Shown here piece by piece: positions 1 through 10,369 of a stretch of DNA of 64,000 nt; the stretch's first letter is position 1, and each line of letters starts with the position of its first letter. The stretch lies in contig OZ024758.1 in assembly GCA_964016885.1 (NCBI GenBank), forward strand, positions 2,170,001 through 2,234,000. The letters run 5' to 3'. The stretch is from Eledone cirrhosa (lineage: Eukaryota). The notes under the pieces were generated by a model. The model saw only the letters and a program-made list of their open reading frames with translations. It made no database searches and was not told the origin of the DNA. Position numbers and translations under genes: made by a program.

Positions 1-249
1 TGTATGCATACACACACACACACACATATATACACACATACACGTTAGTGTGTGGAAAAAATTCTAGTACATATAAATTTGAGCAACTTCCATCCATCAC
101 ACAATGTGTGTGTGTTTGTATAAATGTAGATGTGTGTGTGTGTGTGTATTTGTGTTATTCCATTTTTAAGGATATGAATTAAATATTTGGCTGATATTTC
201 TAGCAATCTGAATAACCACATAGAGACCGTCATTGTGTCATTGACTCAC

Positions 250-325
250 CTTTTGAAATGTTGAAAAATTGAAGACTTTGGAATTTCTTTGAATATTGTT
301 CATTTCTTTTAACAGGTTTTTCTCT
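250..325 (-). CDS. LRRC43: Probable second coding exon of the LRRC43-like gene
   Basis: Minus strand shows a pyrimidine-rich tract, then AAG|, then an open frame REKPVKRNEQYSKKFQSLQFFNISK in phase with the upstream exon, ending at a canonical AAG|GTGAGT donor (249-244). No clear homology, so the acceptor position is uncertain. Confidence 0.4.
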
Positions 326-732
326 CTTTTGAATGGCGTTGGTTGAGGGTCACAGAGAATGGAACAATAAAAAGTAACAATAAATAAAAATAAAAGAAAA
401 ATAATCGTTTCTTTTCAGGTAACCTGACACCTGATTGTTCCAAAAAAAAAAGAAAAATTTAATTACATAAAAAAAAAAGTTAAAAGAAACAAAAAACTAA
501 TTTAACACGGACAACTACAAGACAACCAAAATATTGATCGTGTTCACCACATGGTGACGGACGACAGACAACTTACTGATGAAAAAGGAAATTGTTATTC
601 AGGGGAAGGTTTGTAATTTTATTCTCAGAATGCATTTCTCAGGGAACGAGAACAAGGCAAACCAAAAAACAGTTTTTTAAACGCTGCACACCAGGTCCGA
701 ACACAGAGAAACCGAACTCCTACTGTAACCAA

Positions 733-820
<88 letters not shown>

Positions 821-860
821 TTCAAAATATTAACAAAATAGATATTCTTGTAATCAAGTA

Positions 861-927
861 TATTTTATTATACATATTTCAGAGGTACTGAGTTAAGTTC
901 AACAGTACGTCCTCATCAGACAAAATA
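861..927 (-). ncRNA. Type I hammerhead ribozyme motif (family H1, Penelope pLTR-like)
   Basis: Reverse complement reads TATTTTGT-CTGATGA-GGAcGTACTG(loop)CAGTACcTCT-GAAA-TATGTAT-A-ATAAAATA. Both core boxes, stem I and stem II are present, with a near-palindromic stem III. Confidence 0.75.
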
Positions 928-1042
928 AGATGATGCATGACATACCCTGACATAGTAGATGGTTAAGATTCAGTATGTTGAGTGCTTCCAATCTATTGTA
1001 AAACTCATTCTTTGATTTATTCATTGAACCTTGTTTAACTTT

Positions 1043-1107
<65 letters not shown>

Positions 1108-1176
1108 CGAAGGAAAGGAACCAGGTGGACCATAACGCACCAAAGTACTCAATACTTAGGGTAGTAGAGTGGGTAA

Positions 1177-1270
1177 TAGGAACGAGTAGGACCCCGACGG
1201 CTAATTCTGCACTAAGTCCAGAATTAGCCGTTGAAACGGCTTGAGCTCAGCCATCGGAGTCCTACTCGTT

Positions 1271-1275
<5 letters not shown>
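1177..1275. other. Strong nested inverted repeat (branched hairpin)
   Basis: Outer arms ATAGGAACGAGTAGGAC / GTCCTACTCGTTCCTAT; inner arms ACGGCTAATTCTG / CAGAATTAGCCGT. Confidence 0.8.
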
Positions 1276-1346
<71 letters not shown>

Positions 1347-1637
1347 AATATATATATATATATCGGTGAATCCTAGATGTTAAATCCCGGATCAACGGCA
1401 AAGGAGATTTAACTATCTGGGATTACACACTAAAAGCAAATCTGGAAATGACGAAAAGTACGTGTGGTGTTTGTTTTTAAAATACACATCACCCCGCCGT
1501 CAACCCAGTGACGTCATAGGATTGTGGACAGCTAGAAATAGCAGCCACTGTTAATTGAATAGTCTATATTTCTTCTCATAAATCTCTGTAAATATACGGG
1601 GTGGTGTCGTTCTTGACAACGACAATAATGATGACAG

Positions 1638-1837
1638 CAAACCTGTCAACTATCCCCGTCCGACGGGGAGATCTCCCACCCATTTTGGGGTAGGTGAGAG
1701 ATTTCTTCTCTTATGAAAATGGCTATAGCTTTCATTATTTAAAATCTCCCCAATTTTGGCTCATTTCACCCCGTTTTAGGGCACTTTTTTTTCATGGTAC
1801 TCCCCGTCGTTGGTTTTTTGAGAGGTTGGTAGGTCTG
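1638..1837. mobile_element. MITE with CA(G)ACCTGTCAAC...GTTGGTAGGTCTG termini
   Basis: Imperfect 13-bp TIRs. The left half recurs at about 30355-30440 and the right half at about 7500-7630. Confidence 0.6.
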
Positions 1838-1941
1838 TGACGGAGACAACGACGAGGTTGCTGCTGCTGCTGCTGCTGATGATGATGATGATGACGACTA
1901 TGATTACAAAAACAATAAAATCGTTTTCCTCTTCATCACTT

Positions 1942-2045
1942 AATCGTGAGAGAGGGTCGTGAAGGCAGAGTTATCAGACACGCCTTCCTGGGGGTCTATT
2001 CGGAAGCATCCTTCTTCAGCTGATCCGGTTGGACTCCCGTTCCCA
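1942..2045 (-). mobile_element. Degenerate RTE (Expander/Rex3-like) LINE 3' end
   Basis: Reverse complement resembles the ...TLPPRPS* tail seen at 9500-9620. Confidence 0.45.
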
Positions 2046-2108
2046 AGTGAAACCACTCGAGTCGGGGATCAACTAACAAACATATAAAATACAATAAAAT
2101 AAACTCAC

Positions 2109-2204
2109 CCAGCTTCCATAGCCGCACGGAAACTCCTTTAGACCGAGATGGCGTATATTTTTCTGAAAAGCTTCTGATACTGTGACTCTTTTAGACGCTG
2201 ACAT
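2109..2204 (-). CDS. LRRC43: First coding exon of leucine-rich repeat-containing protein 43 orthologue
   Basis: MSASKRVTVSEAFQKNIRHLGLKEFPCGYGSW is followed by a GTGAGT donor (phase 0). It matches the recalled human LRRC43 N-terminal motif [25 protein letters not shown]. The exon probably begins at 2362, after a long pyrimidine tract and CAG acceptor. Confidence 0.85.
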
Positions 2205-2565
2205 GATAACAGGGATCAGGGGAACCAAGGTAAAAGACAGTCCCTTCAATGGTAAGATCCAGGAGAAACTGTACCAAGTGGTTCAGATGTTAGAAGTGTC
2301 AACAGAAGAATATTATTTGTTTAAATCTTGTAAATATCAGTGTGTTGTATGTACAGTTACACCTGTATAGTGTCCATGGATCGGTTTTTTTTTACATGGA
2401 AGTAGGAAAGAGAGAAAAAAAGAAGAAAGGTGAAATCGATATAAGGTTGGAACTAGTAAAAGAGAGACTGGAGAAAGGGCGAGATCGATAAAGTATTTTT
2501 TGTTTATTAAGTTCTTTTAGAATGAAAATATTAACAACTTCTTGAGTTAAGACATTAGGAATACA

Positions 2566-2752
2566 CAGGGTGGCCCGAAAGTCTTGTCACCCCTTGTCAG
2601 ATATTGTTTTAATTTTCATTATTTTTGCTTTAATAATATAATATATAATATCATTAATTATAATATATAATAATTTTAATAGTTTAAACCAACATTCGTC
2701 AACGAACTAATCGATGACTTCGTAGGGGTGACAAGACTTTCGGACTACACTT
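2566..2752. mobile_element. Tc1/mariner-type MITE
   Basis: TIRs of about 29 bp, CAGGGTGGCCCGAAAGTCTTGTCACCCCT / AGGGGTGACAAGACTTTCGGACTACACTT, around an AT-rich core. Confidence 0.7.
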
Positions 2753-3220
2753 AACATATCTGTACTAAAGACTTCATTAATTTTTATTTACACTTGTATA
2801 AATTTACAGTTGAATAACGTTACAAATATGTGTTAAATATATATAAATAATATTACAAATATGTTTTAAATATACATAAATAACATTACAAATATGTTTT
2901 AAATATACATAAATAACATTACAAATATGTTTTAAATATACATAAATGACATTACAAATATGTTTTAAATATACATAAATGACATTACAAACATTATAAA
3001 TTGCTCGCAATTCGTTCAGAAGAACATTACAAATATAATGTCTAAACCGTGTATAAAAATATAATAAAAATACAATAATATAATCTATTGAACAATAATG
3101 ATAAAGGAACCGCACCTATATTTTAGCTATTATCAAGAAAAAAATATGTTTATGATAAATATATGTATGCATATAAATAGGGCGACACAAAGCATGCTTT
3201 ATTTACAAACGGCTAGCTAA

Positions 3221-3676
3221 TTTGAAAATTAGGTAGTAACATGTGCTTATGCCGTATTTGACTAAATAGAATTAGTTTGTTAGTTGAGATTTAAAAAAAC
3301 CCTGATGTGGGTTTATGTTCCATCAGCGGCGTGCAGAGCTCTGGTGGTGCCGGAGGCAAATCTTGATTGTATGCCTCAAAGACTCAAGTATAAGGCCTAA
3401 TGTACTGAGAAATATTATGAGAAAGGAAAACATTTTGAATATATAAACACAGATAAAACATGAAATAAACGTTTTATTAAGTTCTTTTCCCCCAATGATG
3501 CCCCCATCCAAATGATGCCCGGGGCCAACGAACCGCCTCCTCCTTGCACGCTTCTGTGTCCCATAAACGTCAATACTCATCCTTTTTTCCTTTCAGAGGG
3601 GTTTTAAATCCCAACAACAGACTAATTCTATTTAGTCAAATACGGCATAAGCACATGTTACTACCAAATTTTCAAC
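3221..3676. mobile_element. Element with ~80-bp inverted arms
   Basis: TTGAAAATTAGGTAGTAACATGTGCTTATGCCGTATTTGACTAAATAGAATTAG is inverted at 3622-3676. A related copy lies at about 63695-63820. Confidence 0.75.
3324..3556. mobile_element. hAT-type MITE nested in the inverted-arm element
   Basis: Termini CAGCGGCGTGCA...TGCACGCTTCTG; 8-bp TSD TGTTCCAT/TGTCCCAT; the empty site is present in the paralogue at 63801-63808. Confidence 0.8.
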
Positions 3677-3799
3677 TATATGTATGTTAATGTTGTTTTT
3701 TAACCCCAAAATCAATCTGTCATTTTATTCGGTAAAGAAAAAAAAAGTCACATTTCATTAAAAGTTACGCCAAGAAAATATAAACACATATGACCTAGA

Positions 3800-4070
3800 T
3801 GCTGTGGTTAGGGCGAGAGCCACAGCTTCTGCAGCCGAACGGAGCAAAACCCTTAAATACTGTGATCTGTCGGCCAGCTTCATTTTCCAGCCTGTGACTT
3901 TCTAGACGTTTGGGGGAGTCGGGCCGCTGACTGCGAGTTGCTTCTCTTCACTGGCGGCTCGCTAATAGAGGTAACTGGCGAATCTCGCGAGGGTGCTTGG
4001 TTGTTCTTGGTTGTTCCAGCACCTCAGCCTCGCCATCACGCGAGGCAACACTTCCAGTGTGTTGGCTTGC
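3800..4070 (+). pseudogene. CRE-clade non-LTR retrotransposon C-terminal restriction-like endonuclease fragment
   Basis: Across frames it reads ATASAAERSKTLKYCDL..FIFQPVTF*TFGGVGP..GGSLIEVTGESREGAWLF..QHLSLAITRGNTSSVL. This follows the CRE RLE pattern AExxKxxKY..FxPxxxETxGxxG..QRLSxAIxRGNxxxxL. Stops and frameshifts are present. Confidence 0.8.
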
Positions 4071-4705
4071 CTCAAAAATCATTAGAGAGGTTGCCCGGTA
4101 CCCCTCGCTGCTATCTTTTGCTCTAGTGTTCACTCCTTCCTTTACATTTTCTTTAATATTGCAACATTAAAGGAATATATCCTTCTGAAAGAATTGCGAG
4201 CAATTTATAATGTTATCTAAGCATTTGTAATGTTATTTATGTATATATTTAAAACATATTTGCTATGTTATTCTACTGTAAATTTATTTATATGTTTTGT
4301 ATAAATACTTCACAACTTTCTAGGATGTAAAAATACAACACAACAAAATATATGATCAGGGACCGAGGAGAGAAAGAAGAAAAAGGTAGGAGTAAAACAG
4401 ACTGAAAACGAATTTCAATGCAGCACCAAGTGCGACCATTGGTCATACATGAAGGGTCAACGTGGAAAGACAAGGAGAGAGAGTGAGAGGCTCGTCACTG
4501 AGGAAGGAAGTGTCGGGATCGAATCTGGCTCTCGCACGACAATGAATGAATAAGATAGAGAGAGAAAGATAGATAGATAGAAAGCGAGAGAAAACGAGAA
4601 GAGAGGAAGAAAGAAAACGAGAGAGAGAAAAAAACGAGAGAGAGAGAAAAAAATAAAGAAAACGAGAGAGAGAGGAAGAGAGAGTTATATGTGTGTTTAC
4701 TTTAC

Positions 4706-4800
4706 CTGTCCCTCGCCGTCTCCCTTAAATTAAGAATCGGTTTCTCCTCAACGACCACATCTCGCCACCACCGCCATCACTTATCGGTCTTCCCCCACCT
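4706..4800 (-). other. LRRC43: Probable non-coding first (5'UTR) exon of LRRC43
   Basis: CAG|GTAAAGT donor on the minus strand at 4706/4705, in a relatively GC/CpG-rich patch just downstream of X-box-like sites. The start position is unknown. Confidence 0.45.
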
Positions 4801-4836
4801 CCTCCTTCCCCCCCCTCTCTCTCTCTCTCTCTCTCT

Positions 4837-5008
4837 AACAACCGTTGCTAATGACGACAGTAACTACATACATGTCTACATAGATAGTGTCCAATGATGA
4901 ACGGTAATCAAACCATTTCAGATTTGTTGTTTTACCAGATATATATATATATATCTATAAATACCTTACAATGTGCATCTAGGTTTAATGACGAGAGGGA
5001 GAGAGAGA

Positions 5009-5049
<41 letters not shown>

Positions 5050-5090
5050 TCAGGTCAGAAAGTCACCAGTCAACCTTAGCAACCGTTGTT
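4837..5090. promoter_or_regulatory. Inverted pair of RFX X-box-like sites (putative LRRC43 promoter)
   Basis: AACAACCGTTGCTAA (4837-4851) and TTAGCAACCGTTGTT (5076-5090) are 14/15 inverted matches, each containing the RFX half-site GTTGCTA/TAGCAAC. Confidence 0.5.
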
Positions 5091-5182
5091 TATATCATGG
5101 GGTAGCTATAACATAAAGTTCCTGACAGAAAGTTTTTCATTTTAAACTTTAATAATTTAAGAATTTCTTTTTACTTTTTTAT

Positions 5183-5355
5183 TTGGCAGAGTCGGTAGAG
5201 CATCGAACAACATGCTTTGCGGCTTATAGTTACGTCCCTTTACTTTCTGAGTCCAAATTCCGCAGAGGTTAACTTTGCCTTTCACCCTTACGGGGTCGAT
5301 AAAATAAAGTACCAGTAATGCACTGGCCTTGTGCTAAAAGTAGAAACAATTATTA
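5183..5355 (+). mobile_element. tRNA-derived SINE family A (Meta-domain-like core)
   Basis: A-box TGGCAGAGTCGG, degenerate B-box and core GAGGTTAACTTTGCCTTTCA..CGGGGTCGATAAAATAAAGTACCAG. About 20 full or partial copies occur in the window, e.g. 5660-5820(-), 7340-7490, 23538-23645, 25707-25880, 32078-32275, 43000-43370, 49733-49920, 61075-61232(-), 63895-64000. Confidence 0.85.
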
Positions 5356-5572
5356 ATAAAAGTTTTTCATTAATAAACCCATATACAGCTCGAAGAGTGC
5401 AATATTCTTATGGATTGATTCTAAGGTGTTACATATTTATAAAAATATATTTAAGGTTTGTGCTGAGTAACACATTAAAATCAATACAAGCAATCAATCA
5501 ATATTTATTATTTCAAATGAAATAATAGGACACAGAGAAATATGGGCACACACATACATATGTATGTATATA

Positions 5573-5624
<52 letters not shown>

Positions 5625-5869
5625 CACATTATATTTACATACATAAACCATATTAAAATAATTGTTTCTACTTTTGGCACAAGGCCAGCAATTACCCCAG
5701 TGCATTACTGGTACTTTATTTTATTGAACCCTTAAGGATGAAAGGCAAAGTTAACCTCGGTAGGATTTGAACTCAGAACATAAAGGGATTTAACTCTATG
5801 CTGCAAAGCATGGCGTCCATATTAAAATAATGTCATAATGTGATGAGGGTGATAAAATAAAAGCTGCCC

Positions 5870-7290
5870 AAATGTTTCTATTATTGGATTTTTTCTGAAT
5901 TGCTGTGACTTTTGCATTCAGTTCTTTTGTGACCATTCTTTGGAATGTGATCTTCGATCTTTGTCTCTTGTGGTGACCTCTTGGTAGAGTTGATGTAGCA
6001 GAAGACACTCAGAAGTTACTAATTGTTTCCTTGGTTCAATTTGACATGGTCCACCCCACTTGACAAGCAAATGAGGTCTGGGATCTCGTCGATTGATCAG
6101 AGAGAGAAGCAAGTAAAGTGACATATTTGTCTCTTCTACAACTCAACTTAGACATACTTATATCAGGGTACAATTACTTGGAAGGTTCAGTGGTAACAGG
6201 TTGCCTACAACACCTGTGTCTAGCTTACACCTTGATTTAACATGATTACCTTACTTGTTTCATACCTCTAAGTCTGCTAAAATTCTAATATTACTTGCCT
6301 GAGAAATTTCATCAAATGTAATACCACTGGAATCTGTCTTTACTCAAGTATCAACTGCGAACTGAACATTTGGGATTATTTTAACCATGTCAAGATATAT
6401 ATCTGAACTATTATCTTTTCCATCAAAGTATTTATTATTAGAGTCATAGTCATTACACTCCACTGAACTGATCTTCTTCCCATGCTTTACAAACAAATTT
6501 AACTCTTTGTTCACCAAATTGTGACCTGCTTCTACATTTACTCAAGAAATGATTTGGCTTCTTACATTTATAACATGTTTTCCCATATACTGGGCACCGT
6601 CTAAGCAAGTTTGTGTATTATTTTCCTGTATTTGTTTCTGCAGACTTATCCCCCATTTGTCCTTTCTTTTCGGTTTGTACTGTGCAGCCATTTTGGTTGT
6701 GTACAACATGTCTTTCTTGGCCCCTGAATCTTGCTGTGAAGACTGGTGTCTTAATGGTTAGATTCACAATCGTGAGGTTGTGAGTTCAATTCTCGGACTA
6801 GGCGATTTGTGTCCTGAGCAAGACACTTTATTTTTTCACGTTGCTCCTTCTGCCAGGAGTTGTAACTGGTAGATAGTATCATCAATAGAAAGACCATTGT
6901 TTCCTTGGTTCAATTTGACAAGGTCCACCCCACTTGACAAGGTCCAACCCACTCGACAAGCGAATGAGATATGGGATCTTGTGAATCGATTTAAAAAAAT
7001 CAAAAAAGAATCTTGCTGAAAACTGGTTATAACCTTCTCATATTCAATTTGTGATTCCACACTTTGCAATAGCAAGTGAATGTGGCCAGTCCTTGGCTGG
7101 ATCTATTTCCTTTAATAACTGTCCACACACGAGTCAGTGTTGATTGTGGACCAAGAAAATAAATTTGATCACTTCATCCTTGTTGGTGAATCCACATTCC
7201 TCTACAAGGTGTCTGATAGGACACATGAAATCTGTTTGATCCTTACAATTGGAACTGAATAGTAATCCTAATTTATACCATGAATATATG
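5870..7290 (-). pseudogene. Decayed Ty3/Gypsy (Mag-like) gag-protease
   Basis: Minus strand gives LVEECGFTNKDEVIK (gag, about 7170-7215), CPVYGKTCYKCKKPNHFLSKC (CCHC knuckle 6575-6534) and CKLDTGVVGNLLP (protease DTG 6220-6212) in the correct order. It is interrupted by a SINE fragment at about 6745-6870. Confidence 0.8.
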
Positions 7291-8904
7291 GTGCCTTGTT
7301 AGGGGCAGAATTCATGCATATGTATATTATAATCAAGGTGAAATTAGCAGAGTCGTTAGAAAGTCAGATAGAATGCTTTGTAGTATTCATTTCGGCTCCC
7401 TGCTCTCTCAGTTCAAATCCCACAGAGGTCAACTTTGCTTTTCATCCATTCATGGGCGATAAAAAAGTACCAGTCAAATACTGGGGTCGATTCTTCTTCT
7501 ATATCTCTAGTGAAAATGGGTATAGCTTTCATTATGTAAAGTCTCCCCATTTTGCCTCGTTTCTACTCGTTTTGGGGCACTATTTTTCATGGTACTCCCC
7601 GTTTGGGTTTTTAGAGGTTGGCAGGCCTGATTTGTGGGTTTGTACCTGGTTTCGTTAAGGGCACAAATGCTTGGTGCTATTTAGCTTTCTACACAATGAT
7701 TGTTTCTACTTTTGGCACAAGGCTAGCAATTTGAAGGGAAGGGGAAGGTCGACTGGTACTTTATTTTATCGACCTTGTAAAGAGGAAAGGCAAAGCTAAC
7801 CTCGGAGATATTTGAACTATAAATTTTAGGAACTATATAAATCGTCACACTCGGTGAAGAATTGTGACGCCACCGTTTTTTCCTTCTTTTTTCTTTTCTT
7901 TATCATTTTTGTTCATGAATTTATATTATTGTGTTATTGTACTCAGAGATATTTGTCCTGAACAAATTGCGAACAACTTTTGATGTTATGTATGCATTTG
8001 TTCTGATATTTATAATTTTATTTACGCCCTTATTATGTCATTTATTTATATATTTAAAACATAGTTGCAACGTTAAAAAATAAATAAATTGAATGAATTG
8101 TTTGTAACTTGTAGAACCTGACACCAGATTTGTCATACAGGTGGTTTGTTTTGCTCCGGGGAAATAAAGAGAGATAACTCCAGCAGGAAAAGTTATTAAA
8201 ATGCCATGGAATACGTACAAATATCAATTATAAGAAACTTTATTTACTAGGATTTCCCCAATCTTTTATATATTCTAAGTTGAGTGATTGTACGTGAATA
8301 TTTTGAGGAACCTTACCAGCAACCTGCCAATGTAGTGTCGGATTTATGCCTTAATAAACAACAGTTTGAGGGCATATTTTATATTTTTGGAGAGACCCAG
8401 TGAACCTTTTTAAGTGTACATTGAGGTTTAATATAGTTTAGGGCCCGACCAAGCCTAAATCTGGCACTGCACTTGTTTCATCCAATGTTTTTTTTTTGTG
8501 GAAAAACATTACAAAATCGGTATTTTCTTTTTCACGCCGGAATATATATTTTCGGTTTGTGTATTTAAATAAATATTTTTTCTGTAATGTTTTTCTGAAC
8601 GAATTGTGAGCAATTTATAATGTTATTTAATTATTTGTAATGTTATTTACGTATTTGTAATGTTATTTACGTATTTGTAATGTTATTTACGTATTTGTAA
8701 TGTTATTTACGTATTTGTAATGTTATTTACGTATTTATAATGTTATTTATGTATATATTTAAAATATATTTGTAATGTCATTTATACAACTGTGAATAAC
8801 ATATCTCTTCACTGCATGAGAAGCTGAAAAGAAAACAAGTCGTTTGTAATATTAACTATAATTATATAGAGATCTTCTAAAACACGAGGTAACTAATAAC
8901 ATAA

Positions 8905-9672
8905 GTGTTTCTACTATAGGCACAAGGTCAGCAATTACTCAATGCATTACTGGTACTTTATTTTATCGACCCCGTAAAGATGAAAGGCAAAGTCAACCTC
9001 GGCGGGATTTGAACTCAGATCGTAAAGGGACGTAACTATGCTGGAAAGCATGGCGTCCGACCCTCTACCGATACTGCCAATCATGACATAATAATTCATT
9101 TTTAGTAAAGTAAGGAAAACAAAATCATTAGTAGATTCCTATAATGTCGACTAACATTTCTACTTTGTAAGAATTGGAAACGAAACGAAACCGGACCGGA
9201 AGTGAAAGTAGTTGGCTCCCTTGCAACTGGTTTTGTCTTCAGTTTCAGCCAAGAATTATTTCAGTTGAAATAATAGTAAACTGAATGTATAAGCAGGAGA
9301 AATGGCAACATCTTAATAGGAGGATTATAACACCCACGAGCTTGGCTGGTCTCGCTTGGGGGAACCAGCCCGGATCAGTTGGAGACAGTTGCTTCTGATA
9401 GGAGTGATTGAGGACTCTACTTTCACGACCCTCCCTGAATTAAGTGGGCGAAGAAGACCCAGGGGTAGACCCGGAGCAAAAAAAAACGGTTGGATAACAG
9501 CCATGACTTTGGCTGGTCTCGCTTGGGGAACCAGCCCGGGACGGTTGAAGACAGTTGCTTCTGATAGAACCTGCTGGAAGGTGTGTTTGAGGACTCTGCC
9601 CCCACGACCCTCTCAGGAATAATAATAATAATGATTTCATTTATTAGCCACAAGGGCCGACATGTAGGAGAC

Positions 9673-9705
<33 letters not shown>

Positions 9706-10115
9706 TGTTTCTACTTTTGGCACAAGGCCAGCAATTACTCAGTGTATTACTGGTACTTTATTTTATCGACCCCGTAAGGATGAAAGGTAAAGTTAACCTC
9801 GGCGGGATTTGAACTCAGAATGGCAAGGGCCGTAACTCTATGCGTCAAAGCATAGTATCCGACCCTCTACTGATACTGCCAGTCCACCACCCTTATTATA
9901 ATAATAATAATAATGGTTTCTTATATAGGCACAAGGCCAGCAATTTTAGGGGAAGGTTAAAGTCGATTAAATCGACCCCAGTGCGTGACTGGTACTTTAT
10001 TTCATCGACCCCGTAAGGATGAAAGGTAATTTTAACCTCGGCAGGATTTGAATTCAGATCATAAAGGGCCGTAACTCTATGCTGCAAAGCATGGCGTCTG
10101 ACTCTCTACCGATAC
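8905..10115 (-). mobile_element. Cluster of three SINE-A copies (8905-9082, 9705-9892, 9915-10115)
   Basis: Each has GGATTTGAA(C/T)TCAG (B-box reverse complement) and the core; the latter two are flanked by (AAT)n. Confidence 0.85.
9338..9632 (+). mobile_element. RTE (Expander/Rex3-like) LINE 3' end with partial duplication
   Basis: GRRRPRGRP..W..GWSRLG..RLKTVASDRTCWKVCLRTLPPRPSQE* followed by an (AAT)n tail. Confidence 0.75.
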
Positions 10116-10369
10116 TAGAGAGAGAGAAACAATGCAAAAAGAAAAAAAGGTAAAGCACCAAGGAAAAAAAAGAGCTAAAAAGGAAAAATACGTAATAAAA
10201 CAGTGAAATAGTCAGAGGTTAATAAGAAAGGGTCAAGATTTAACTTCCCATATTTTTTATTTCTTTTCCTTTAAGTCATTCAATCTTATTCTATTGTCTT
10301 TCTCTCATCTTTTTCATCCTTTCGTCTCTCTCATTCATACAATAGAAACAACAGTAGTTCTTCATACCG

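Larger units (their letters stand above)
2807..4278. mobile_element. Long-TIR (foldback-like) element with 33-bp subrepeats
   Basis: 2807-3030 is the inverse of 4183-4278, with termini TA|CAGT...ACTG|TA. The left arm carries about four extra 33-bp units. A further arm copy lies at about 8592-8792. Confidence 0.55.

Noticed and set aside
250-303. Independent start exon MNNIQRNSKVFNFSTFQK
   Set aside because: An upstream pyrimidine tract and AG, plus the LRRC43 exon 1.8 kb upstream, make an internal exon in another frame more likely.
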